From NCBI RefSeq assembly GCF_004010195.1, contig NW_025215378.1, positions 191,751 through 224,766 of the forward strand: a stretch of 33,016 bases of DNA, given 5' to 3'. The position numbers and the translations under genes were made by a program. Each line of letters begins with the position of its first letter. Position 1 is the stretch's first letter. The stretch comes from Chiloscyllium plagiosum. Its lineage: Eukaryota. Below are positions 21,975-32,372 of the stretch, one piece after another. The notes below the pieces were generated by a model. It saw nothing but the letters and a program-made list of their open reading frames with translations, did no database searches and was not told the origin of the DNA.

Positions 21975-22200
21975 TGGTAGAGTGAGGGTGAGGGTGAGGG
22001 GTAGGGTGAGGGAGGAGGGTGAGGGGACAGGGTGAGGAGAGTAAGGGGAGAGGTGATAGGAGAGGGTGGGAGAGAGGGTGAGGGGGAGGAGAAANNNNNN
22101 NNNNNNNNNNNNNNNNNNNNNNNNNNNNNNNNNNNNNNNNNNNNNNNNNNNNNNNNNNNNNNNNNNNNNNNNNNNNGGGAAGGGGGAGGGGAGGGGGAGG
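21975..22200. repeat. G/A-rich low-complexity tract containing an assembly gap (N 22094-22176)
   Basis: gtgagg/ggag repeats on both sides of 83 Ns. Confidence 0.85.
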
Positions 22201-22319
22201 TGCCGAGTAAAACGTTTGGCTGGTGGGACAGGAGATGCCTCTGTGGAAGGAAACATGAGGGAGAGAGGTTTTCACTAATGAAACCTGTTAGTGGTTGCTC
22301 AGGTATGGACTAAGGAGCT

Positions 22320-23930
22320 GAATTTCCGAGGGGAGGTGAGAACGATAGCCCTTGACATTTATACTGTACTTGACTGAGTGTGGCATCAAGGAGCCCTAGC
22401 TCAAGTGGACTCAAAGGTTCAGGGAAATTCTGATTGGTTGGAATCATACCTGACACATAGGAAGATGGTTGTGGCTGTTGGAGGTCAGTCATCTCAGCTC
22501 CAGGACATCTCTGCAGGTGTTCCCCAGGTTAGTGTCCTAGGCTCAACCATCTTCAACTGCTTCATCAATGACCTTCCCTCCATCTTAAGGTCAGAGGTGG
22601 GGATGTTCACCGATGATTGCACAATGTTCAGCACCATTCGCAACTCCTCAAATACTGATGCAGTCCATATTTAAATACAACAAGATCTGGACATTATCCA
22701 GGCTTGGGATGACAAGTGGCAAGTAACATTCATGCAACACAAAAGCCTGGCAATGACCATCTTCAACAGGAGAGAATCTAATCATCACCCCTTGACATTC
22801 AATGTTATTACCATCATCATCAACAGCCTGAGGGTCATCATTGGCCAGAAACTCAATTGGATTTACCACATAAATATTGTGACTACAAGGGCAGGTCAGA
22901 GGCAGGAATACAGCGATGAGTAACTCACCTCCTGCCTCCCCAAAAGCTTGTCCACCATCGACAAGGCACTAAGTCAGGAGTGTGATGGAATACTTCCCAC
23001 TTGCCCCTGGATGGGGGCAGCTCCAACAACACTCAAGAAGCTCGACACCATCCAGGTCAAAGCAACCTGCTTGACTGGCCCCTTCAACAATCGCTCACTC
23101 CCGCACCAATCAACTCCACCACCCCGTGGCCCAACATTTCAACTCCCCCTCCCACTCTGCCGAGGACATGGAGGTCCTGGGCCTCCTCCACCGCCGCTCC
23201 NNNNNNNNNNNNNNNNNNNNNNNNNNNNNNNNNNNNNNNNNNNNNNNNNNNNNNNNNNNNNNNNNNNNNNNNNNNNNNNNNNNNNNNNNNNNNNNNNNNN
23301 NNNNNNNNNNNNNNNNNNNNNNNNNNNNNNNNNNNNNNNNNNNNNNNNNNNNNNNNNNNNNNNNNNNNNNNNNNNNNNNNNNNNNNNNNNNNNNNNNNNN
23401 NNNNNNNNNNNNNNNNNNNNNNNNNNNNNNNNNNNNNNNNNNNNNNNNNNNNNNNNNNNNNNNNNNNNNNNNNNNNNNNNNNNCTGATGATGGGCTTTTG
23501 CCCGAAATGTCAATTTTCCTGCTCCTCGGATGCTGCCTGACCTGCTGTGCTTTTCCAGCACTACTGTAATCTAGACTCTGGTTTCCAGCATCTGCAGTCC
23601 TTGTTTTTACCTACCAGCATACAGCTGCTTCTGTGACCTCTGTCAAACCCATGACCTCTATCACCTCAAAATACCATGGCAGCTGATGTGTGTAAAAATC
23701 ATCAGTTATAAGTTCCCCACCGAGCCACTCACCATCTTGACTTGGAAATATATCGCTATTTCTTCACTCTCACTGGGTCAGAATCCTGGAATTCCCTCCC
23801 TAAGGACATTGTGGGTCTACTTACAGCATACAGACTGCAGCAGTTCAATAAGGCAGCTCCCAACTTCTCAAGGGGCAACTAGGGACAGGCAGTAAATGCT
23901 GGGCCCAGCCAGTGAGACTGACCTCCCATG
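22320..23930 (+). mobile_element. LINE-B RT to 3' end fragment, interrupted by a Penelope element
   Basis: WLESYLTHRKMVVAVGGQSS...GVPQVSVLGSTIFNCFINDLP...MFTDD; tail ggggcaactagggacaggcagtaaatgctggg. Confidence 0.9.
23100..23612 (+). mobile_element. Penelope family A (Neptune-type) 3' fragment spanning gap N 23201-23483
   Basis: HPVAQHFNSPSHSAEDMEVLGLLHRR (GIY-YIG C-terminal part, homologous to about 28840-28920 minus). After the gap: CTGATGA-T-GGGC-TTTT-GCCC-GAAA-TGTC (23484-23511) and pLTR. Confidence 0.85.
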
Positions 23931-23979
23931 ACAAACCAACTCTGTGCAGTTCCCTAATTGATCACAAGGAGAATAAAGG

Positions 23980-24150
23980 GGGGTCCTCGATTTACAAACA
24001 TTAGACTTACGAATGTTCAGTCGTTAGAAACACAATCCTACACTGGGGGGCCATTTTAACGATCCAACATCTGAACATTTCCTGTTCCCATGAACAGCTG
24101 CTTTCCATCATCCTGCACTGTGTTCCCGCTTGTGTGCAAATCAACCAGAG
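23980..24150. mobile_element. Possible Tigger/pogo-like DNA transposon remnant
   Basis: gtcctcgatttacaaacattagacttacgaatg resembles Tigger-type TIR and subterminal motifs; the second TIR was not found. Confidence 0.3.
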
Positions 24151-24287
24151 GACAGCCTAGATTTTTGTAATCCCTTCTTATCGGACTCGCTTTGTTCACA
24201 AAGCTATGTCTCAAAAACGAAATCTGTAAGAGTAGAAAACACTGCCTCTTCAGATATTCAGTCCACAGAAACCTTCCTGTGCAGGTA

Positions 24288-24540
24288 AGGGCTGTTCAGC
24301 CCACTGAGTCTGCACCAACTCTCCAAACAGCATCTCACCCTATCCCTGTAACACCGCATTTCCCATGGCTAATTCACCTAGCCTACTCATCCTAACCTCT
24401 ACAACTTTGGACTTTGGGAGCACCCAAACCAAGTCCACACAGACACAGAGAGAAGGTGCAAACTTCAGACAGTCATCAGAGGGTGGAATCGAACCCAGGT
24501 CCAGTGAGGCAGCAGTGCTAACCACTGAGCCACTGTGCTG
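24288..24540 (-). mobile_element. HE1/V-SINE
   Basis: ctttggactttgggag...gtgcaaacttcagacagtc...ggaatcgaacccagg...gaggcagcagtgctaaccactgagccac. Confidence 0.88.
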
Positions 24541-24914
24541 TCTATAACTGGTTCTTGACGAAAATACAAAGCTTTGCAGCATCAGTACGGTCCAGTATTC
24601 TCTGACCCAATTATCCTGAGCCACCTTTCTGATGCTGCGAGGCCCTTGAATCAATTATGCTCAGTGGAATTAACTTTCCACGTATATAACTACACAAGGC
24701 AGCAAAACACTGTTTGAACTCACTGGGCCATATGCCAAATAACTCCATTATTAATTGTAATTAATACTGGCTGCTCTTGTTTTATTAAGCTTTTTTTATC
24801 ATGTGCGAAATGAAGACTGACTTGTAACATTTCCTCTCACTGCGTCTAAATTAACTCCGTCTGTGTCCCTGTGTTGACACCTCAGCTGCCAGCTCCAAGT
24901 CTCTCTCCAGGGAG

Positions 24915-25188
24915 ATGAGGTCAGGATCCGAGCTGACCCTACCCATACACTACTGCGGCAGTACTGCACTGACAGAGATGTCATCTCCCAGATGAGATGT
25001 TAAACCTGGGAACTGTCTGCTCACTCAGCTCTGTGTTTCCAAGAGCAGGAAGATTTTTCCTGGTGCATCAGGCAATATTCAACGCTCAACCAACAGCAAT
25101 AAACTAAATGAGTTCGGTATTACCATAAAACTAATGGTAGGATCTTGCTGTGTGTAACTTGGGCCTGCTGAATTTCCTACCTTACAAA
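24915..25188 (+). mobile_element. Deu-domain SINE
   Basis: gctgac...ctgcactgacagagatgtc...gatgagatgttaaacc...aagagcagg...ctcaaccaaca...ggatcttgctgtgtg...tttcctaccttacaa. Confidence 0.75.
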
Positions 25189-25392
25189 TGATTCGGAGAT
25201 GCCAGTGTTGGACTGGGGTGTACAAAGTTAAAAATCACACAACACCAGGTTATAGTCCAACAGGTTTAATTGGAAGCACATTAGCTTTCGGAGTGACACA
25301 ATCACCTGATGAAGGAGCGCCACTCCGAAAGCTAGTGTGCTTCCAATTAAACCTGTTGGACTATAACCTGGTGTTGTGTGATTTTTAACTTT
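25189..25392. mobile_element. Penelope family B fold-back element with 12-bp TSD
   Basis: 72-bp inverted arms 25224-25295 and 25321-25392 with one mismatch and a 25-bp spacer. CTACCTTACAAA at 25177-25188 and 25393-25404. Confidence 0.92.
25303..25337 (+). ncRNA. Minimal type I hammerhead ribozyme, family B (intact core)
   Basis: CAC-CUGAUGA-A-GGAG-CGCCA-CUCC-GAA-AGCU-A/GUG. Helix I CAC/GUG, helix II GGAG/CUCC, palindromic AGCU helix III. Predicted CUA cleavage after 25334. Confidence 0.8.
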
Positions 25393-25413
25393 CTACCTTA
25401 CAAAGGTATCTTT

Positions 25414-25770
25414 GGGGCAACCCAATGGCTCAGTGGTTAGCACTGCTGCCTCACAGCGCCAGGGACCCATGTTCAAGTCCAGTCTTGGGTGACTACCTGT
25501 GTGGAGTTTGTACATTTTCCCCGTGTCTGCGTGGGTTTCCTCCGGGTGCTCCGGTTTCCTCCCACAGTCTAAAGATGTGCAGGTCAGGTGGATTGGCCAT
25601 GGGAAATTGCTCATAATGTAAAGGGGTGTGTAAGTTAGGTAGATTAGCTGTGGGAAATACAGGGTTACAGGGATACGGAAGGGGGCTAGGCCTGGGTGGG
25701 ATGCTTTGCAGACGGTTGGTGTGGATGCTTTGGGCTGAATAGCCTGTTTCCATACTGTAGGAATTCTATG
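25414..25770 (+). mobile_element. HE1/V-SINE, near full length
   Basis: tRNA head (tggctcagtggttagc...gttcaagtcc), V-core (gtctgcgtgggtttcctccgggtgctccggtttcctcccacag), CR1-type tail (gcctgtttccatactgtaggaattctatg). Confidence 0.92.
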
Positions 25771-26026
25771 GGTTACACACTGTGGGGAATTGTGAAAGAC
25801 CAGTATAATACATTAACACTCCCTCGTTTTCACCAGCCACCAGATTGGCGCTGGGTTACTGACCTAACAACAGTGTCTTTTATTCCTCACATGAGCATTG
25901 GCTTCATTCAAAGATCTGCTCTCTTCGGCCACACAGCCACCAGTAAAGATCCAGTAGGATTTGCTAAACCAGTGTAAATTCCCTTTCGCCATTTACCCAG
26001 GTCTGTGCTGCAGGTATCAACCAATT

Positions 26027-26846
26027 AGAGTCATAAAGTCATACAGATGTACAGCATGGAAACAGACCCTTCAGTCCAACTCGGCCGTGCTGAACAGATA
26101 TCCTAATCTAATCTAGTCCCATTTACCAGCACCTGGCCCATATCCCGCCAAACCCTTCCTATTCGTATACCCATCCAGATGCCTTTTAAATGTTATAATT
26201 GTACCAGTCTCCACCACTTCCTCTGGCAGCTCATTCCATACACGCACCACCGTCTACATGTAAAGTTGTCCCTTAGGTCCCTTCTAAATCTTGCCCCTCT
26301 CACCCTAAACCTATGCCCTCTAGTTCTGGACTCCTTGACCCCAGGGAAAAGACTTTGTCTATTTATCCTATCCAAGCTCCTCATAATTTTGTAAAACTCT
26401 ATAAGGTCACTCCTCAGCCTTGGACGCTCCAGGGAAAACAGCCCCAGCCTGTTCAGCCTCTCGCTATAGCTCAAATCCTCCAATCCTGGCAACATCCTTG
26501 TAAATGTTTTCTGAACCCTTTCAAGTTTCACAACATCCTTCCTATAGGAAGGAGACCAGAATTGCATGCAATATTCCAAAAGTTGCCTAACCAATGTCCT
26601 GTACAGCCACAACATGACCTCCCAACTCCTATATTCCACTCACTGACCAATAAAGGGAAGCATCCCAAATGCCTTCTTCACTATCCTGTCAGTCTGGGGA
26701 ATCTATTTTCAAGGAGCTATGAACCTGCACTCCAAGGTCACTTTGTTCAGCAACACTCCCTTGGACCTTACCATTAAGTGTATAAGTCCTGCCCTGACTT
26801 GCCTTTCCAAAGTGCAGCACCTCACATTCAACTAAATTAAACTCAC
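26027..26846 (-). mobile_element. CR1 3' fragment
   Basis: ORF 26193-26639: LYRTLVRQLLEYCMQFWSPSYRKD...RLNRLGLFSLE...TRGHRF; tail is agagtcat repeats. Confidence 0.95.
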
Positions 26847-27340
26847 TCTTTGTAGACTCATAAAATCATATGGAACAGAAAAGCCCCATCAAGTCCACCC
26901 CACTGAAAACCTCCAAAAAAACCTTGGTGTTTTACTGAGGGTTGGGGGGAAGCATTACGCTGCTGTCATAGACTGTATTGGTTAGACTCCCCACACCCCG
27001 GCCCCCCCCAACTCCTTCTGTGCTCCATACCCAGAACTTGTTGTCCTTAAAAGGTGAGCGCTACAGGATAGATTCATGAGAACGACAGTGCGTTAAAAGA
27101 ATGAATACTACAAGCACAGGTCATATTGCTTCTGCTTATAGTCCCTTGAGTTGGGAAGGTTAAGAGTTAATCTAATAAAGATGCTTAATATTATTAAAGG
27201 ATTTGACTAACAGCAAATATCCAATTAGGACCAAGCAATTACCTTTGTTTCTTTATGGCAGTGCCTGGGCGCTGACCACAGGAGCACTGTACTCCCCCTG
27301 GAGTGTAGAGTGCTATTCACCAGAATGATACTGAGTCTAA

Positions 27341-27505
27341 GAAAGTGAGGACTGCAGATGCTGGAGATCAGATATCCCTGATGAAGGGCTTTTACCCGAA
27401 ACGTTGATTTTCCTGCTGCTCGGATGTTGCCTGACCTGCTGTGCTTTTCAAGCACCACTTTAATCTCGACTCTGATCTCCAGCACCTGCAGTCCTCACTT
27501 TTGCC
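27341..27505. mobile_element. Penelope family A fold-back: short inverted 3' end plus full pLTR
   Basis: 27342-27372 is inverted relative to 27471-27501. CTGATGA-A-GGGC-TTTT-ACCC-GAAACGTT starts at 27378. Confidence 0.85.
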
Positions 27506-27575
27506 TATAATAATCTGGTGTTGTGTGATTTTTGACCTCGTCCAACTCAATCCAATACCGACACCTCCACATTTT
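27506..27575 (+). mobile_element. Penelope family B pLTR 3' end
   Basis: tctggtgttgtgtgatttttgac...tccaataccgacacctcc matches 25368-25390 and the reverse complement of 25195-25215. Confidence 0.7.
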
Positions 27576-27607
27576 GACATATAAAGAGTGAGTTAAACAA
27601 GGTTCCA

Positions 27608-27736
27608 AAATGTTGATTGAGGATAACTTCTGTGTTTTTTTTCGAATGGTGCCATGGAATCAGTTCCTGAAAGGAAAGACAATGTCTGCGGTTCAACACA
27701 CTCTCTGAGAGACAGCTCCCCCCATCAGCGCACTGT
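27608..27736 (-). mobile_element. Deu-SINE fragment
   Basis: tgttgattgagg...ttcgaatggtgccatggaatc...cggttcaac...gacagc is antisense to the Deu domain. Confidence 0.55.
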
Positions 27737-28199
27737 GTCTTCATTAGGTCCCAGCAATATTCTGATTGCTGCTCACTATACCCACTCCAAGGTCAATATT
27801 GTGTGACCTTCCCACAGCGTAGTACCTGAGTGCAGCTACTGCAGTTGGAGGTCTAGTGAAATCTTCAGCACTACGTCCAATCCATGTCATTGAGACAACA
27901 ACAGAGCAGTGCCTCTGACCACACTGTACACACCTCAGGAGAAACGGCCGTAGCCACACTGAGCCTTGCAGTGCTGAGACATGAGCCACATCTATTTCTA
28001 ACACCGGGATCAGCCACAGTGAAGCCTACACAAGTACACACGCGGCAAAGGATGGGAAGGAATTCATCGTCTTGTTGACTCTCTCCCAAACAGCCCTTTG
28101 TAATGAGAAATGTGAGACCTGGAGATGGGGAATTGGACAGGGGGAAGATACCTCTGTCTAACACTGACCTCAGAATCCAGGTCAATCACCTAAACTGGA

Positions 28200-28315
28200 G
28201 AAAGTGAGGACTGCAGATGCTGGGGATCAGCCCTTCCAGATGCCTGAACCGTCAATTCTCCTGCTCCTCGGACACTGCCTGACCAGCTGTGCTTTTCCAG
28301 CACCACACTCATTGG
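28200..28315. mobile_element. Decayed Penelope family A fold-back with 17-bp TSD
   Basis: aaagtgaggactgcagatgctgg plus sense ctgctcctcgg...gcttttccagcacc. CAATCACCTA(A/T)ACTGGA at 28183-28199 and 28316-28332. Confidence 0.8.
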
Positions 28316-28427
28316 CAATCACCTATACTGGAAGACAAAGGATTTGGCACAAGTTGGTTGGAAACCCACACAGAAAGCAGGTGCACCTTCATACTGTTTA
28401 GAATATTTGTGTGTAATTTATTTTTGA

Positions 28428-29570
28428 CAGCGCGGTGCTGGAAAAGCACAGCAGATCAGGCAGCATCGGAGGAGCAGGAGAATCAACATTTCAGGCATAA
28501 GCTCTTCATCCGGAATGAGGCTTATGGGCCAGGGGGGTTGCTGAGAGATAAATGGGAAGGGAGTGGGGCTGGGGGGAAGGTAGCTGGGAAAGCGGTAGGT
28601 AGATGGAGGTGAGGGGGAAGGTGATAGGTCAGAGAGGAGGGTGGAGCGGATAGGTAGGAGAGATGATGGACAGGTCAAGAGGGCGGTGCTGAGTTGGAGG
28701 CTTGGGATTGGGATAAGGTGGGGGGAGAGGAGTTGAGGAAACTGGTGAAATGCACATTGATCCCGTGGGGTTGGAAGGTCCCAAGGTGGAAGATGAGGCG
28801 TTCTTCCTCCAGGAGTTGGGTGGTTAGGGTTTGGAGGTGGAGAAGACCCAGGACCTGCATGTCCTTGGCAGAGTGGGAGGGGGAGTTGAAGTGTTCAGCT
28901 ACTGGGTGGTGGGGTTGGTGGGTGCAGGAGTCCCAGAGATGTTCTCTGGGACGATCCACAAGAAGAGGTCCTGTCTCCCCGATATAGAAGACACCACATT
29001 GGGTGCACCAGATGCAGTAGATGATATTGGTAGAGGTTCAGGTAAATCTCTGTTGGGTGTGGAAGGATCCTTTGGGNNNNNNNNNNNNNNNNNNTGCTGC
29101 CTGACCTGCTGTGCTGTTCCAGCAATAAAGTTTCAACTTTGATCTCCAGCATCTGCAGACCTCACTTTCTCCTCAAGGATCCTTTGGGGCCTTGGATGAA
29201 GGTGAGGGGAGTGGTGTGGGCACAGGTTTTGCACTTCCTGTGGTGGCAGGGAAAGGTGCCAGGTGTGGGCTGTGGACTGGTGGGGGTGTGTGGACCTGAC
29301 GAGTGAGTCGTGGAGGGAATGGTCTCTCCAGAACGGTCATAGGAGTGGGGAGGGAAATATATCTTTGGTTGGTGAGGTCTGTTTGTTGGTGGCGGAAATG
29401 GCAGAAGATGATGCGAAGTATCCGGAGGTTAGTGGGGTGGAAGGTGAGGACCAGGGATGTTCTGTCCTTGTTGCGTTGGGAGGAGTAGGGTTCAAGGACG
29501 GAGGTGTGGGAAGTGGAGGAGATGCATTGGAAGGCATCATCAACCACGTAAGAGGGCAATTTATTTTCTC
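28428..29570 (-). mobile_element. Penelope family A (Neptune-type) 5'-truncated element: RT-EN linker, GIY-YIG and 3' pLTR; pseudogene
   Basis: Minus strand LVLTFHPTN, Cys linker PGTFPCHHRKCKTCAH (29216-29263), NIIYCIWCTQCGVFYIGET (about 28972-29030), REHL...HPVAEHFNSPSH...PHGIN. pLTR 28428-28515 has a decayed hammerhead. Confidence 0.92.
29077..29174 (+). mobile_element. Young family A pLTR insertion (5' part in gap N 29077-29094) with 14-bp TSD
   Basis: 29095-29174 is identical to 21152-21231. AAGGATCCTTTGGG at 29063-29076 and 29175-29188. Confidence 0.92.
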
Positions 29571-29841
29571 TGACACCAGCATTGACATCAAGAGGAGGCC
29601 ATTCAGCCTCTTGAGACTTTCCAGGTTTTAATTTAACTGCCATGACAGCAGAATCTTCAACACCCTGACCTATCAGATGTCAAACCCTCTCAGTACCTCC
29701 TCCCCCAGTCACACCAGCTTATTGGGGTACAGAGCTCCAGGATACGCCTGTCCAGCCTGGCAAGATTTGGGGCATACCCCCACACCACACCCACACCACC
29801 TCCACCCCATCCCCCACACACACAGCAGACAGCAAGGATGT

Positions 29842-30000
29842 TAGAGTCATAGAGTCAGACAGTCATACAGCATGGGAACAGACCATTTGGTCGAACCAGT
29901 CCATGCTGACCATGTTCCAAAACTAAACTATTCCCACCTGCCTCTCCCACTTGGCCCATATCCCTCCAAACATTTCTGATTCACATCCTTCAGCAAATGT
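29842..30000 (-). mobile_element. CR1 3' tail
   Basis: agagtcatagagtca...acagcatgggaacagacc...ggcccatatccctccaaac. Confidence 0.85.
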
Positions 30001-30394
30001 CTCCCCATTGACCAAATCAAAGAGCTCGATGCTATTCAGAAAGTTGCTGCTTGTAAAGAGATCCGCGTTCCCCAGAAAGGAGACCGCTTCAGAAATATGG
30101 GGAGTAAGACGGATTAGGAAGAGTCAGCCCCAGTATGGTGGAGCACATGCTCTCCTCCTGCACTGTCAGCATCGTTAAACCCCACCATGGGCCAGAACAG
30201 CTTGACGAGAGAGAGATTTACCCTCTGAGTCTCATATACAACGGTGTCCTTCAGCTTCTGGTTCAAATGATGGGTCTCCAACATGAACTGGTTCGATTTA
30301 ATAAAACCTCACTGCAGTAGGTCAGAGAATCTGGGATCCTCACTTGTACGACCTGCAGAGGTACAGGCTGTGCGCTGCCTGGACAGTGTGTAGG

Positions 30395-30910
30395 ATTTCA
30401 TATGCCGCATGCAAGAGGCCAGCAGTCACCATTATTTATGAGCAATTTCATTTGTAAATAAATTGGACTGAGAGGGGAGGGAGGAGTTGATCGTTTTTTA
30501 AAAATACTTTGATACTTTCTTTCTTTTGAAAAGCAGCCAAGGTGCGTCAGAAAAATTAAACAAATGTCTTCAAAGATCAAATTCTAATGTCTATAATCAA
30601 GTCTTTCTTCCTTTAACAAAATGACAGGGAGTAATGTTTGGAAGAGAAAGTGGTTTACGTGAGTAATCACTTAGGAAAGGCAGAAAAACGTTAATCAGTC
30701 GACAGGAAGTTAATTATTAATCAGAATTATGGTAATTACCCTGCTCTCTCTGCAGTTGGCAGGTCTGAAAATTGCCATTTTTGGTGAAGCATTATCATGT
30801 TAATTACAGTGGTAATGCATCACATCCTCCCTCCCTTTATTACCTTGATTCACTCATTCATCAGGTTTATGAGCCCAGCGGGTTTTCAATAAATACCTCT
30901 GCATTTAGGA
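30395..30910. promoter_or_regulatory. Candidate conserved non-coding element (homeodomain-site-rich enhancer)
   Basis: About 500 bp with no recognisable repeat. TGATTAAT (minus, 30716-30723), TGATGAAT (minus, 30856-30863), TGACAG (30622-30627), TTTATGAGC twice (30435, 30866), dense TAAT/ATTA. Confidence 0.45.
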
Positions 30911-30960
30911 TCTGGGAGGGCAGAGTCAAACATCCATGAGCAAAGCAAACTGATTGGAAT

Positions 30961-31058
30961 GAAAACAGCCAGTGCTGGAGAAACTCAGCAGGTCTGGCAG
31001 CATCTGAGCGCAGAGAAACAGAGTTAATGTTTCAGGTCAATGAGCTTTCATCAAGACT
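30961..31058 (-). mobile_element. Old Penelope family A-related pLTR with decayed hammerhead
   Basis: Minus strand TTGATGAAAGCTCATTGACCTGAAACATTAAC...gatgctgccagacctgctgagtttctccagc; same subfamily as 12085-12180. Confidence 0.7.
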
Positions 31059-31061
31059 GAG

Positions 31062-31500
31062 TCTCATGAGCAAAGGGTTAAACAGGTTGGGATTCGAATC
31101 ACTGGAGTTTAGAAGAATGAGAGGTGACCTCATTGAAACCTATCGGATTGTTAAGGGGTTTGACAGGGTCAACGCTGAGAGGCTGTTTCCCCTCATGGGA
31201 TGGTCTGGGACCAGAGGCACAGTCTCAGAATAAAGGGGCACTGATTTCAGACTGAGATGGGGAGGAATTTCTTCCTCAGAGGGTTGTGAGTCTTTGGAAG
31301 CCCTTACCACAGAGGGGGGCAGAGTCCTTGTGTACAATTAAAGGCTGCGACAGAGAGATTCTTGGTCAGTCGGAGAATCAAGGGGAAAGGACAGGAAAGT
31401 GGGTGTGAGAAATGTTGGATCAGCCATGATCCTATGGAATGGCAAAACAGGTTGGAGGGGCCGAGTGGCCTCCACCTGTTCCTATTTCTTATGGTGTTAT
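31062..31500 (+). mobile_element. CR1 3' fragment
   Basis: LNRLGFESLEFRRMRGDLIETYRIVKGFDRVNAERLFP, followed by 3' UTR ending cctatttcttatg. Confidence 0.9.
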
Positions 31501-31569
31501 GGATGTTGAATAAAAACATGATGAGGGAGGGCATGCTCCTGGCTGCCAAGGTTACCTTGGGGCCATCTG

Positions 31570-31720
31570 CCATGGGTCAGTGGGGAGCAGTCTCCCATCG
31601 CAGTGTGGAGGTGGAGGGTTTAACTCCCAGTGCTAAGAGTGTGAAATGTCAAGGCTGACATGCCCAGCACAGTACCGAGAGAGTGCTGCACAGTCGGAGG
31701 AGCTTTCAGCTGAAATACTC
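31570..31720 (+). mobile_element. Deu-SINE 5' fragment
   Basis: ggctgacatgcccagcacagtaccgagagagtgctgcacagtcggagg matches the start of the Deu-SINE body. Confidence 0.6.
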
Positions 31721-32024
31721 GATGATTGGAGAAAACTCATTGCTGTCTCAGGGCAACTAGGGATGGGCAATAAGTGTCAACCTGACCAGGACTGCCCCCA
31801 TTGTCCAACTGGGAAACCTTTATTGGAGGAGCCCAGCACAAAGGAGAATAATCTTTGGAGGGTTGGTGTACACTAAAAGGGCTGAATGGCCTGCTTCCAC
31901 ACTGTAGGGACTCTAAGAAGCCTGGATGGCGTGTTCCTATCATTGTGAATCATTATAGGAATGGTGATTGCTGGCTAAGTATAAATGCTCACTCTTCACA
32001 GCTCAAACGATGGCTGGTGGTTCA

Positions 32025-32372
32025 GAGTCAGAAAGTCATAGAGATGTACAGCATGGAAACTGACCCTTTGGTCCAACTCATTCATGCCAACCAGATATCC
32101 CAATCTAATCTATTCCCACCTGCCAGCACCCGGCCCATATCCCTCCAAACCCTTCCTATTCATATCCCCATCCAAATGCCTTTTAAATGCTGTAATTGTA
32201 CCAGCCTCCATCACTTCCTCTGGCAGCACATTCCATACACGTACCACCCTCTGGATGAAAGAGTTGCCCCTTAGGTCTCTTTTATATCTTTCCCCCTCAC
32301 CCTAAACTTATGCCCTCTAGTTCTGGACTCCCCCCACCCCAGGGAAAAGACCTTGTCTACTTACTCTATCCA
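32025..32372 (-). mobile_element. CR1 3' fragment
   Basis: Close match to 26027-26372. Confidence 0.92.

Noticed and set aside
21798..23569. ORFs containing X runs
   Set aside because: They span assembly gaps (22094-22176, 23201-23483); only the LINE-B and GIY-YIG fragments are meaningful.
25423..25490. tRNA gene (also 15515-15578 and 10890-10960)
   Set aside because: A/B boxes run directly into SINE bodies, so these are tRNA-derived heads.
27740..28185. Possible host exon in unique sequence
   Set aside because: Short ORFs with no recognisable domain or convincing splice-site pair; cannot be excluded without RNA-seq.
28428..29570. Autonomous Penelope driver for the young fold-backs
   Set aside because: Lacks the RT core, has a stop and frameshifts, is interrupted by an insertion, and its pLTR differs from the young subfamily.
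29995..30390. Possible host exon with some CpGs
   Set aside because: No recognisable protein motif in the listed ORFs; left unassigned.
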